From positions 96,193 through 160,192 of IMG/VR virus record IMGVR_UViG_3300026549_000038: DNA of 64,000 nucleotides; one strand, 5' to 3'. The first letter of the stretch is position 1. Each line of letters opens with the position of its first letter. The translations under genes and the position numbers were made by a program. Positions 29,965-38,074 of the stretch are shown here, one piece after another. The DNA comes from a virus. Lineage: Duplodnaviria; Caudoviricetes. The notes below the pieces were generated by a model. It did no database searches, had not been told where the DNA came from, and saw only the letters and a program-made list of their open reading frames with translations.

Positions 29965-30336
29965 TTATCTCTGCAGACAAACCCACACATATCCATAAGG
30001 ATCTGTATAACTCTCGCCTGGTTCTAGGCTATCTATTTCTTCTCCTTCAGTCCACCAATCGTTTATGCCAATAGCAGAACACATATTGTCAAAGCTTCCG
30101 TCGTCTTCACCATTTCTGACATCGCTCATATCAAATTGTCCCATATCAATAGTTATAAAACTGATTGCTTCTTGTCCTGGGTGTTTTCCTGTATCAATTT
30201 TTAGATACTGGCTTCCATTTGTACGAGTGCCAATAGGCAGTCTCTTGAGAACTGATCTCTTTGTATATCCCTTTCCTTCTTCAATAGCAGCTTCATTGAC
30301 AGCCGATTTATTCAAGTAATCTTTAATATTTTCCAT
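29965..30336 (-). CDS. small protein with capsid-targeting-like leader
   Basis: Likely start ATG30336 (MENIKDYLNKSAVNE); ATTATTATT upstream. Confidence 0.7.
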   Translation of the reverse strand: MENIKDYLNKSAVNEAAIEEGKGYTKRSVLKRLPIGTRTNGSQYLKIDTGKHPGQEAISFITIDMGQFDMSDVRNGEDDGSFDNMCSAIGINDWWTEGEEIDSLEPGESYTDPYGYVWVCLQR

Positions 30337-30378
30337 AAATAAAATGATTAATTTATTAAAAAATAATAATATCAATAT

Positions 30379-30438
30379 TCAATTTTTAATCCATTCCCAG
30401 CGTATATGCCCACTGTCATATACTTTTAGGTATGGAAT
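30379..30438 (-). pseudogene. orphan 3' end of a Hef-like endonuclease gene
   Basis: Reads IPYLKVYDSGHIRWEWIKN*; compare LPYWKIYDSGHIKWYKKLL* at end of 47573..49288. Confidence 0.85.
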
Positions 30439-30439
30439 C

Positions 30440-30487
30440 CGAATTTATGATAGCGGACAAACTAAATGGCCCTTAAAGATAAGTTAA
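30440..30487 (+). pseudogene. orphan 3' end of a Hef-like endonuclease gene
   Basis: Reads RIYDSGQTKWPLKIS*; compare RIYDSGQTKWILKLH* at end of 27936..29918. Confidence 0.85.
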
Positions 30488-30498
30488 CATTTATTTCA

Positions 30499-30528
30499 CG
30501 GACTAAATGGGTATCGAAGGTTATTTAA
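30499..30528 (+). pseudogene. possible third orphan endonuclease tail
   Basis: Reads RTKWVSKVI*; GACTAAATGG identical to the 27936-gene tail, with similar stop spacing. Confidence 0.45.
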
Positions 30529-31747
30529 TAAACATATAAAGATACTCTCCATTCTTCGCAGTCGCCCCATTCGTAAGATGAATTGCGCGATTTTTCGAAA
30601 GTAAAAACTTCTGATCTGGCTTATGAATATTTTCATCTATAAGATTTTCTTGAATCACTAAAGCAAAAACTTTTGCAGGACCTGTCCAAAATACTTCAAA
30701 TAACCTATTCATAAACAGATCGAAATCTGTTCTTGATGAGAAATCTCCACAAGGATAAGATTCAAGATTAAAATAAGGAGGACACGTAAACATAACATCA
30801 TAATCTTCTTCTGGTATCCACCGAAGACAATCTTCGTTGTGAAGCTCCACATTAAAAAACTCAAAGTAATCCTTTATAGATTGCACCCCATTATATGTTG
30901 GGCGAGATAAATCATTATAAATGTATTTTTTAATCTCTGTTGATCCAATCATTCGGTGACCCCAACCACCACAAGGGTCGTACACCACCATATCATCCAT
31001 CTTGATACCTACGTTTTCTTCTATCCAAGCATACACCCATTTACAAAGCTGGGGGTTAAAACCACTATAACCATAATGTATTGCGGATTTTTTGAATCCA
31101 CTCAATATGTCATATGTATTGAGTGTTTCAGGCGTTTTGTCTAGGTATTTGAGCCTGTTGAGAAGAATCTTTTGTTTAATTTCCGGCTCTTGCCAAAGCT
31201 CTTTTTCTCTCTTATAGAAAGTATCCTGCTGGAAGAACTTGACAATTTTATTCTTATTACAGCGGAGGGTAAGTTCCCCAACTGGATGATCCAGATACCA
31301 AAAAAATTCATCATAGAGTTCTTCTCGTGTGAGATTCCAATGAAGATCCGGATCAACGTTTGGAAATGAGAGTGTTAGTGATGTTGACGTATTATTCGCC
31401 TGTCTCCACTTTTGTACAACCTTGCTGAATTGCATGGGGTGTTCGGTTCCATAATGAGATAAGGATGTTTGTTTCTTCAGAAGTTGAACTTGAGAAGATC
31501 GTTGTGCACAGGATTTAGAACAATACATATGGTAACCCTTTTTAGAATTTATAAATTTAACAGGATTACCACAGATGCAACAGGTTGGTGTTGTTGTTAT
31601 ATTGTTGTAATACCAATACAGTCTTTCTTGAAATTTCAAGTTCGGATATACGTTCAAAAGATGTTGATAGAAGTCGGGATATTTTTGTTTTACCTGATCT
31701 TCGCGGCAACTATATTTATTTAATTTATTATAATCAGGAACATCCAT
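30521..31747 (-). CDS. DNA amino-methyltransferase fused to homing-nuclease-type N-terminal Zn module
   Basis: YDPCGGWG, FTCPPY; N-terminal YPDFY...ERLYWY...CCIC...YCSKSC; paralog of 24941..25852. Confidence 0.85.
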   Translation of the reverse strand: MDVPDYNKLNKYSCREDQVKQKYPDFYQHLLNVYPNLKFQERLYWYYNNITTTPTCCICGNPVKFINSKKGYHMYCSKSCAQRSSQVQLLKKQTSLSHYGTEHPMQFSKVVQKWRQANNTSTSLTLSFPNVDPDLHWNLTREELYDEFFWYLDHPVGELTLRCNKNKIVKFFQQDTFYKREKELWQEPEIKQKILLNRLKYLDKTPETLNTYDILSGFKKSAIHYGYSGFNPQLCKWVYAWIEENVGIKMDDMVVYDPCGGWGHRMIGSTEIKKYIYNDLSRPTYNGVQSIKDYFEFFNVELHNEDCLRWIPEEDYDVMFTCPPYFNLESYPCGDFSSRTDFDLFMNRLFEVFWTGPAKVFALVIQENLIDENIHKPDQKFLLSKNRAIHLTNGATAKNGEYLYMFIK

Positions 31748-32792
31748 ATATGATTTCTTTATATTTTTGAATAACTACATCCAAGTCCGTTGAAAAAACT
31801 TCAACCCAGTTGAGCTCGTGTTCTTTAGCCCATTGTCGTTTTGTGGGGTCACGAACAGTCCAGGTCTCTATGGCGTTGTTGTAAAATTTTGTTTTCTTTT
31901 TAACCCATTCATTTAATATGATTTGATCTTGGGGTGAATCTGAATTATATGGGTGATCATTATGAACCCAGCTACCTTGTATCTCAAAATAGAGATCTTT
32001 ATCAGGAAAGTAAAAGTCACAGTTAAACGGATAAGAATCAGAACGATATTGATACTTATAATTTATATGATTATCATCTAACCATTTTTTAAACTCCTGT
32101 TCAATTTTGGATGTGTTAAATGTTCCGTTTTTCTTTTTAGTTTCATATATTTTTTTCTTATATTCGTCTGTCTGTGAATAGCTATCTACTCCATAACGTT
32201 CCCTTACAGTGTTCCGGAGTTTTTCTTTAACCCCCTTTTGAATGGATCGGACATACTCCAGACATTCTGGATTTTTCATAGGATTAGAAACACCATATTT
32301 TTTCTTACATGTTTCTTCGTATTTCTTTTTATTTACATCTGAAGCATTACCACAACCTCCATACAGTTCGATGTTTCTTAAGTTCGACTTTCTTTTAACT
32401 GATTCGTTTTGCATGGCATTGGGTACTCCGTATTTCTCTACGCAAGATTGTTGCATTCGATCCCTGACTGTTTTCGAAGCAGCTGGTGATGAACCTCCAT
32501 ATTTTTTCTTACATGTTTCTTTTGTCTTGATTTTTTTATCAGTATCAGAATTAGAACACTTTATACTACAATACGCCGTGTATCCGTATTTGGGATTGAT
32601 GTAGTTAGTAGGCTTACCACATATCTTGCATGTTGGATGTACAATTATATTGTGCAGATACCAATAAACTCTTTCTTTCCAAGGAAGCTCGTCTGGATAT
32701 TTATCCATTATAAACCTATAAAATTCAGGAAAATGTTTTTTAACACAAATCTCTCGGTTATATTTTTGCAAAGTTAGATCAGGAATTATCAT
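31734..32792 (-). CDS. homing-type endonuclease: Zn module + repeats + Vsr/DUF559-like domain
   Basis: CKIC...YCSIKC; TCKKKYG repeats; CDFYFPDKDLYFEIQGSWVH; paralog of 25842..27140. Confidence 0.8.
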   Translation of the reverse strand: MIIPDLTLQKYNREICVKKHFPEFYRFIMDKYPDELPWKERVYWYLHNIIVHPTCKICGKPTNYINPKYGYTAYCSIKCSNSDTDKKIKTKETCKKKYGGSSPAASKTVRDRMQQSCVEKYGVPNAMQNESVKRKSNLRNIELYGGCGNASDVNKKKYEETCKKKYGVSNPMKNPECLEYVRSIQKGVKEKLRNTVRERYGVDSYSQTDEYKKKIYETKKKNGTFNTSKIEQEFKKWLDDNHINYKYQYRSDSYPFNCDFYFPDKDLYFEIQGSWVHNDHPYNSDSPQDQIILNEWVKKKTKFYNNAIETWTVRDPTKRQWAKEHELNWVEVFSTDLDVVIQKYKEIIYGCS

Positions 32793-32862
32793 ATCTAATT
32801 ATATAATAAATAAAAATAATGAAAAATTTAATTCATTATTAAAATTTTCATATAAATTGAGT

Positions 32863-32897
32863 AAAAAAAGAGCCTGCACTTTTGTGCAAGCCCTTTT
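32863..32897 (-). terminator. intrinsic terminator after major capsid gene
   Basis: Minus-strand hairpin GGGCTTGCAC-AAAA-GTGCAGGCTC followed by T7. Confidence 0.8.
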
Positions 32898-32918
32898 CTT
32901 TCAATCCTTTTGGTTTGA

Positions 32919-34640
32919 TTAGATAACATCAACTCCGTCGCTGTCAACCATGAAGGTGAAGTATGACTGCTCTGGCCAGAAACCAGCGTCAACGATAGCA
33001 AATCTTGAGTTAACAAGAAGCTTCGGAGCCATAGTGCCTTCAGCGGTAATCTGAACGGTGTCAGCTAAGATATATGGCATGAAGATTACGCCCGGGTCGT
33101 TGCCCGTAGATTTTCTTCCGACACATATACGGCAGTCGTCCCAAGTCATGTAAGGGTCAACATAGAGGTTCAGACCTGCTACGGAACCAGCGAAATACAG
33201 ACTCTTGCTACCATCCTGTACAAGGGTGTTAGTCATAGGAGCGATTACAAATCCAGCTGCATCCTGAAGAGCAGACAGAATCTGAGTGTTAGTTACAACC
33301 CACTGACCTCTTCCCCAACGGCTTACGTTAGCGATAAGGTTAGCTGCTGCAAGAATACGGCTCATAACCCTTCTCTGAAGAGTGTGAGTGTTCTCAGCTG
33401 CGGTGTTCTGAGTAGCGTTCTTAACTGCGCCCCAGTTGGTAGCTGCATTAGTTCCATCGATGCCGATGAACTTCTTAGCTGCAGAGAAAGCAGACAGATT
33501 CTTGGTAGCTGCGGCACCAGCATTAGAGAAGTACAGGTTAAGGTCAACACCCTGATACTCTTTCTGGTTCTTAGCGTTGGTTACACCAAGACGGAATACT
33601 CTGTCGAGGATTCTGTTGTTGATTTCCTGAGAAATCTCGTTCTGCATAGCCTCGAGAACCTTTCCTACTACGTCAACTCCGTAAAGCGGCATATCCTGAA
33701 GCTGCTGACGAGTAACAGTACCAGTTACTTCATAAGCACCCATCTGAACGAGCTTAGTGAACATGCGTGCACCGATAGTGTTACCAACACCAGTCTCGTT
33801 CTGAGCCCTTGTCATAGGGTCATCACTTCCATTGAAGAAGTTACCGAATCCCTGAACGTGATCAGCGTTTCCTGATACGAGCTGAGGATCGCAAGCCTGA
33901 GCTGTCTGAGTACCGAGAACTGCAGATGCAGCGGTAGAAGACAAAGTTACGTTAGCGCTAAATACGTCAGCGATAGATACATCAGCGTTATCAGCAGCGT
34001 TACGAACTTTTACAACCTTAACGATCATACCGTTGTCGATACGGCTGAAACCAATGAAACTACCAGTGAATACACCAGCTGTACTAGTGAACACGATATC
34101 GTTACCTACAACGAAATCTGCTTTAGTCTTACCAGTAGCATATACAACATTGTACTTAACCTTAATATAAATAGGTTTGTTCTCTGCATCTGGACCAATA
34201 CCATCAACACCAAGAACTTCGTTTGCACGACCGGTCTTACCACCAGCATAAGGGGTATCCATGTAAGAAAGCATAGCCCAAGGGCCCTTTGAAGGGATAA
34301 CTGGAACGAGCTCAAGACCGATAGTCATAGCTGCGATTGTAAGAGCCATTGTCAGGGTTGACATTGGAATGTCACCTGAACCAACCTTATTTGTATAGAA
34401 ATCAGCTGCACCTGGGCCAGAAACCTCAGGATTCATAGGATTTCCCATACCCATAGTATTCAGAGGAGTAGCATAAATGTTCTGACTCACGTTGTTAGTA
34501 TTAGGCTGAAGGCCTTCATATACCTCGTGGTTCTTTGCATACTCACTCATCCAAGCAAGCTTACTAGCGTTCTCAACGCCGAGCTCTTCTTTGATAATCT
34601 GTGACCACTTCTGATCACCGTTTTCTGTAATGAACTTCAT
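32919..34640 (-). CDS. gp23: major capsid protein (T4 gp23-like)
   Basis: IGLELVPVIP, TRQQLQD, EISQEINNRIL, RWGRGQWVV, LYVDP, GVIFMPY, EGTMAPKLLVNSRFA; high-expression codon bias. Confidence 0.95.
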   Translation of the reverse strand: MKFITENGDQKWSQIIKEELGVENASKLAWMSEYAKNHEVYEGLQPNTNNVSQNIYATPLNTMGMGNPMNPEVSGPGAADFYTNKVGSGDIPMSTLTMALTIAAMTIGLELVPVIPSKGPWAMLSYMDTPYAGGKTGRANEVLGVDGIGPDAENKPIYIKVKYNVVYATGKTKADFVVGNDIVFTSTAGVFTGSFIGFSRIDNGMIVKVVKVRNAADNADVSIADVFSANVTLSSTAASAVLGTQTAQACDPQLVSGNADHVQGFGNFFNGSDDPMTRAQNETGVGNTIGARMFTKLVQMGAYEVTGTVTRQQLQDMPLYGVDVVGKVLEAMQNEISQEINNRILDRVFRLGVTNAKNQKEYQGVDLNLYFSNAGAAATKNLSAFSAAKKFIGIDGTNAATNWGAVKNATQNTAAENTHTLQRRVMSRILAAANLIANVSRWGRGQWVVTNTQILSALQDAAGFVIAPMTNTLVQDGSKSLYFAGSVAGLNLYVDPYMTWDDCRICVGRKSTGNDPGVIFMPYILADTVQITAEGTMAPKLLVNSRFAIVDAGFWPEQSYFTFMVDSDGVDVI

Positions 34641-34665
34641 AATTTGTAAAGTATTATTTTCGAGT

Positions 34666-34684
34666 TATTTATAAAAATAATAAT
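34666..34684 (-). promoter_or_regulatory. candidate late promoter of capsid gene
   Basis: Minus strand ATTATTATTTTTATAAATA, containing both ATTATTATT and the T4-like TATAAATA. Confidence 0.55.
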
Positions 34685-34718
34685 CAACCAGTTAGCCTAT
34701 TTGGAACTGGTTGATTAT
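34680..34718 (-). terminator. terminator of upstream structural operon, abutting the capsid promoter
   Basis: 14-bp perfect stem ATAATCAACCAGTT/AACTGGTTGATTAT, 11-nt loop, followed by TATTTTT on minus strand. Confidence 0.7.
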
Positions 34719-34762
34719 GAATAAGTTAGGACGATGTTTTTAAATGTTCCTTATTAGACACA

Positions 34763-36475
34763 TTAAATATATGTTATATTTGCATGTGACCCATCCGCTA
34801 CGAAATTACTATCATCACTAATTTCTCTCCATATCAGCCCGGCTTCTAACGTATCGCCACTGGTAGATAGTCCACGAGATCTGAAAGTTATTGTATTATT
34901 TTCCATATCGTAAGAACCAGCAGTGTCGTTTTGATCACCTATATAAACAGCAACATCTCCTGCTTGTATTCCTGTTAGGCTTATTCCAAGAGCTCCTCTT
35001 GTTACCGCATCAGATACCGCCCTGCTAATGGTGTTGTTCCAATCAGTACTACAGTTTAAAACTATATTGAACAGCATTCTCGTATCTTCCACGTCGGAAT
35101 CTGTACTATATGTCCCGCTTGATATTGATACCGCTGGTTTTTCTGTAATAGATATTTGTAAACTACCGGTTACATCTATTTCGTTTCCAAGCGTTGGTGC
35201 GGAACCGGAAACACCAGTAACAAATTTTGGTTTCATGGTAAGTGTTACGGTACCGGAGGCACTGTCAGAAAATCTTATAGTTATTTTACCGCTGGCGTTG
35301 TTTATAGTGATATTGTCTATTCCTCTTGGGGTGATTGAAGGAACGGGCACATACATTTTTATACCTTCGGAATCGTTTGGAATGTATGCCCTGGCATTAA
35401 AGTTTACTTCTTTGGTTCCTCCAGCTGGAGCCTGAAGAGGATTGCCAGAGTTTACAACAAAACTATAGTTATTTACAGTAGCACCAGCTTGCGATACACT
35501 ACAAGTTTTGTTAGTTTCTTCGGAAGCAGACATGATAAGGGTATTACCTGTTACTGGAGATGATGTTAAAGATTTTAAATATTTAACGTTTTGATATGTA
35601 GTTGCTGAATAATTTTTTGATGTTGGACTAAGGGTTATAATACCGTTGGTTGTTCCAGGTAGTATATTGGAAATTGGCAGTGCCGGGTCGGTGTCATATA
35701 GTCCACTAGTATTGTCTGTTCCTTTCGTAATTGTAGCAGTATTATCAGGGAGAGTGTTTGAATATCCAACCTGAACCGATCCACCAGCTGCAGGAAGAAC
35801 TACAGAAGTTGTTATGGATATAGCTCCAGATGCTGTTGTGGTTATTACATAACCGTGATCACTTGAAGGATCGGATATCATTAGATTTAAGGTAGTGGCG
35901 CTTTGTCCAGCATTGACCTGGAAGTAAAAATAATACACATCGTTGTCTCCCCAAGTAGAGTCAGATGGACAAATGTAAGCTGATGATCCGTCTGAGGATT
36001 CAGTACCATTTACAAATTGACTCATGTTTGTTGGCTTCTCATTACAAAATTTGCTAGATTCAGAAACAAGTGTACATGTAGTCATAGCATATCTTATTTT
36101 AGATAAATTTGATAAGCCATATACATAATACTTTCCGTTAGAAACTGTAGCTGAACTGGATATTTGATTCCTGGTTGTCGGCACAATTTTGGCAAGTCCA
36201 TTGAAATCTGCTATTGTCGGTTCACTTGATTTAACACCAACTGTTAACATTCGAAGTGAAGCTGGAGACTGATATACTGTAAATGTTTTTACCGGCGGGT
36301 GGTTCAAATCGCCGAGCTCGGTTGTTCTAGTCGAATCTGTGTATGTGGTTAATTTAAAATTTTGAGTTTTTGTAAGTCTACCAAAATTTTGACTATCAGA
36401 AACGAACTGTACTTGTGTCTCGCTCCATTCGTTTGTTCCACCAATTTCTTGTCCTGTTTTTATATTTATAGCCAT
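34763..36475 (-). CDS. Ig/BACON-like beta-rich virion protein (fibre or decoration)
   Basis: S/T/G-rich; LPAAGGSVQV, CSVSQAGA, FTVYQSPA segments typical of BACON/Ig repeats. Confidence 0.55.
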   Translation of the reverse strand: MAINIKTGQEIGGTNEWSETQVQFVSDSQNFGRLTKTQNFKLTTYTDSTRTTELGDLNHPPVKTFTVYQSPASLRMLTVGVKSSEPTIADFNGLAKIVPTTRNQISSSATVSNGKYYVYGLSNLSKIRYAMTTCTLVSESSKFCNEKPTNMSQFVNGTESSDGSSAYICPSDSTWGDNDVYYFYFQVNAGQSATTLNLMISDPSSDHGYVITTTASGAISITTSVVLPAAGGSVQVGYSNTLPDNTATITKGTDNTSGLYDTDPALPISNILPGTTNGIITLSPTSKNYSATTYQNVKYLKSLTSSPVTGNTLIMSASEETNKTCSVSQAGATVNNYSFVVNSGNPLQAPAGGTKEVNFNARAYIPNDSEGIKMYVPVPSITPRGIDNITINNASGKITIRFSDSASGTVTLTMKPKFVTGVSGSAPTLGNEIDVTGSLQISITEKPAVSISSGTYSTDSDVEDTRMLFNIVLNCSTDWNNTISRAVSDAVTRGALGISLTGIQAGDVAVYIGDQNDTAGSYDMENNTITFRSRGLSTSGDTLEAGLIWREISDDSNFVADGSHANITYI

Positions 36476-36491
36476 ATATTATATCCTTTAT

Positions 36492-38063
36492 TTATACTGT
36501 TTCTATTTTCCAATACGAGTCTGCGCCAATTATAACATTAACCGATGTCTGATTTGCGGACATTGTCGGGTTTTCAGGAGTTACTGATTTCGCACCAACA
36601 GAGACCTCCCCATTGTTTGGCCCAACAATCATCACCTTGCCTTTTCTTAACTCTATTCTAAGATATGTATAAGGATCTCTATACCAAAGAAAACCATCAG
36701 GGCACATAAATGACTCGAATTTGTTATTGCTATATTCAGAAAAGTCCGGCCTTAAATCTGAATTACCAATCTCTGGGTAACTAGAACTGCTATCTTTATT
36801 TCCTGATTTCCAAATATATGTGAATCTTTTTTCTCCGCCTACCACGCCGTCCCTGTTGACATATAAATTGTTAAATATTGTGTTTACGCTTGCACTGGAT
36901 GATTTCATTGTGACATCGGGGTACTGAAGCTCTAGTTCTGCTTCTGAGTCTGGTATGCTTATATTATCTATGTCAGTTGTTGGGGTTATTGTTAACTTTT
37001 TATTGACTGGTGAACTGGCGGTTGGTTCAGCATATATCATGTGAACTCCTTGATTGTTATTCCCATTCATTCCAGGAACATATGGAACAAAAATTCCGCG
37101 ATTATAAGAGACATCGCTATCATACTTTAAATTTTGAAACCATGTGGCATCAACCGCAAAATCAAATGGAAATATTGTTTTTACGAACCCTGTATATATA
37201 GTAGTATGATTTGATGTTGTATCTCGTACTATGACATTGGACAAATATATTGGTCCAGTTACTTGTAAATTAGAATAATTAACTGCATATGCCATTGTAG
37301 TCAAATCATTGGAGTTCTTGTGTATCTCTTTTAAAATCTCCTGAGCTGCGGCGGCAGTGCTCTCCACCCACTCACCACCAATCATTATATTAGTTATAGG
37401 AACATCTTCGCTTGATGTCCCCGTCGGTTGATATGTGACCAAAAGAATATATCCGTTACTTCCTTGTGGTCCTTGTGGACCACAAGCAGGCAGTCCTGTT
37501 TTTTGTTCACCAATCATCCAACAAAAATCTTCAACTGACTGGTCATAATAAATAGTAGGAAACCCTGCGAATATTTTGAATACAACTTCATCGTTTTCGA
37601 AATCTGTGCATACTATACCGGAGCAATCAGTAAAAGATTCATTTTCTTCAAGAGACTGAAGTTTAAGTAAGCGTCCATCATAAAATGGAAATGGTTGAAT
37701 ACCAACATATTGAGGAGTTTCATTGCTTAAATAATACACCATTACTTGCTGTCCCTCCAAAGTACTCAAACACTTAAGTTTTTCTTCGTCTGATTCATTG
37801 TTGATTTTGGTAAGAATGGCGGTTTTTATTTTATAGTTTACCCAACTATCACTCCACTCTATATTTGGTTCTTCTCTTGGCAAGTCACTAGTCAGCGTTA
37901 CGAGATCGAAATTGTATCCAGCACCGTTCTCTCCTTTGACAAAATCATAATTTCCAAGTATTTTGAAATTTTTATCTATGTTTGAGAACTGCTCCTGGAC
38001 GCCTCGACCATAATTACCACTACTAAGGGTAGGTGCAGATATATTCTTTAATTTAGTATCCAT
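36492..38063 (-). CDS. putative tail fibre/structural protein
   Basis: Short collagen-like GPQGPQGSNG and KGENGAG; in late operon. Confidence 0.55.
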   Translation of the reverse strand: MDTKLKNISAPTLSSGNYGRGVQEQFSNIDKNFKILGNYDFVKGENGAGYNFDLVTLTSDLPREEPNIEWSDSWVNYKIKTAILTKINNESDEEKLKCLSTLEGQQVMVYYLSNETPQYVGIQPFPFYDGRLLKLQSLEENESFTDCSGIVCTDFENDEVVFKIFAGFPTIYYDQSVEDFCWMIGEQKTGLPACGPQGPQGSNGYILLVTYQPTGTSSEDVPITNIMIGGEWVESTAAAAQEILKEIHKNSNDLTTMAYAVNYSNLQVTGPIYLSNVIVRDTTSNHTTIYTGFVKTIFPFDFAVDATWFQNLKYDSDVSYNRGIFVPYVPGMNGNNNQGVHMIYAEPTASSPVNKKLTITPTTDIDNISIPDSEAELELQYPDVTMKSSSASVNTIFNNLYVNRDGVVGGEKRFTYIWKSGNKDSSSSYPEIGNSDLRPDFSEYSNNKFESFMCPDGFLWYRDPYTYLRIELRKGKVMIVGPNNGEVSVGAKSVTPENPTMSANQTSVNVIIGADSYWKIETV

Positions 38064-38074
38064 ATTTTTATTTA

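Noticed and set aside
30379-30528. Invertase-driven shufflon of nuclease C-termini
   Set aside because: No recombinase in the window and no clear inverted recombination sites; kept only as an alternative explanation
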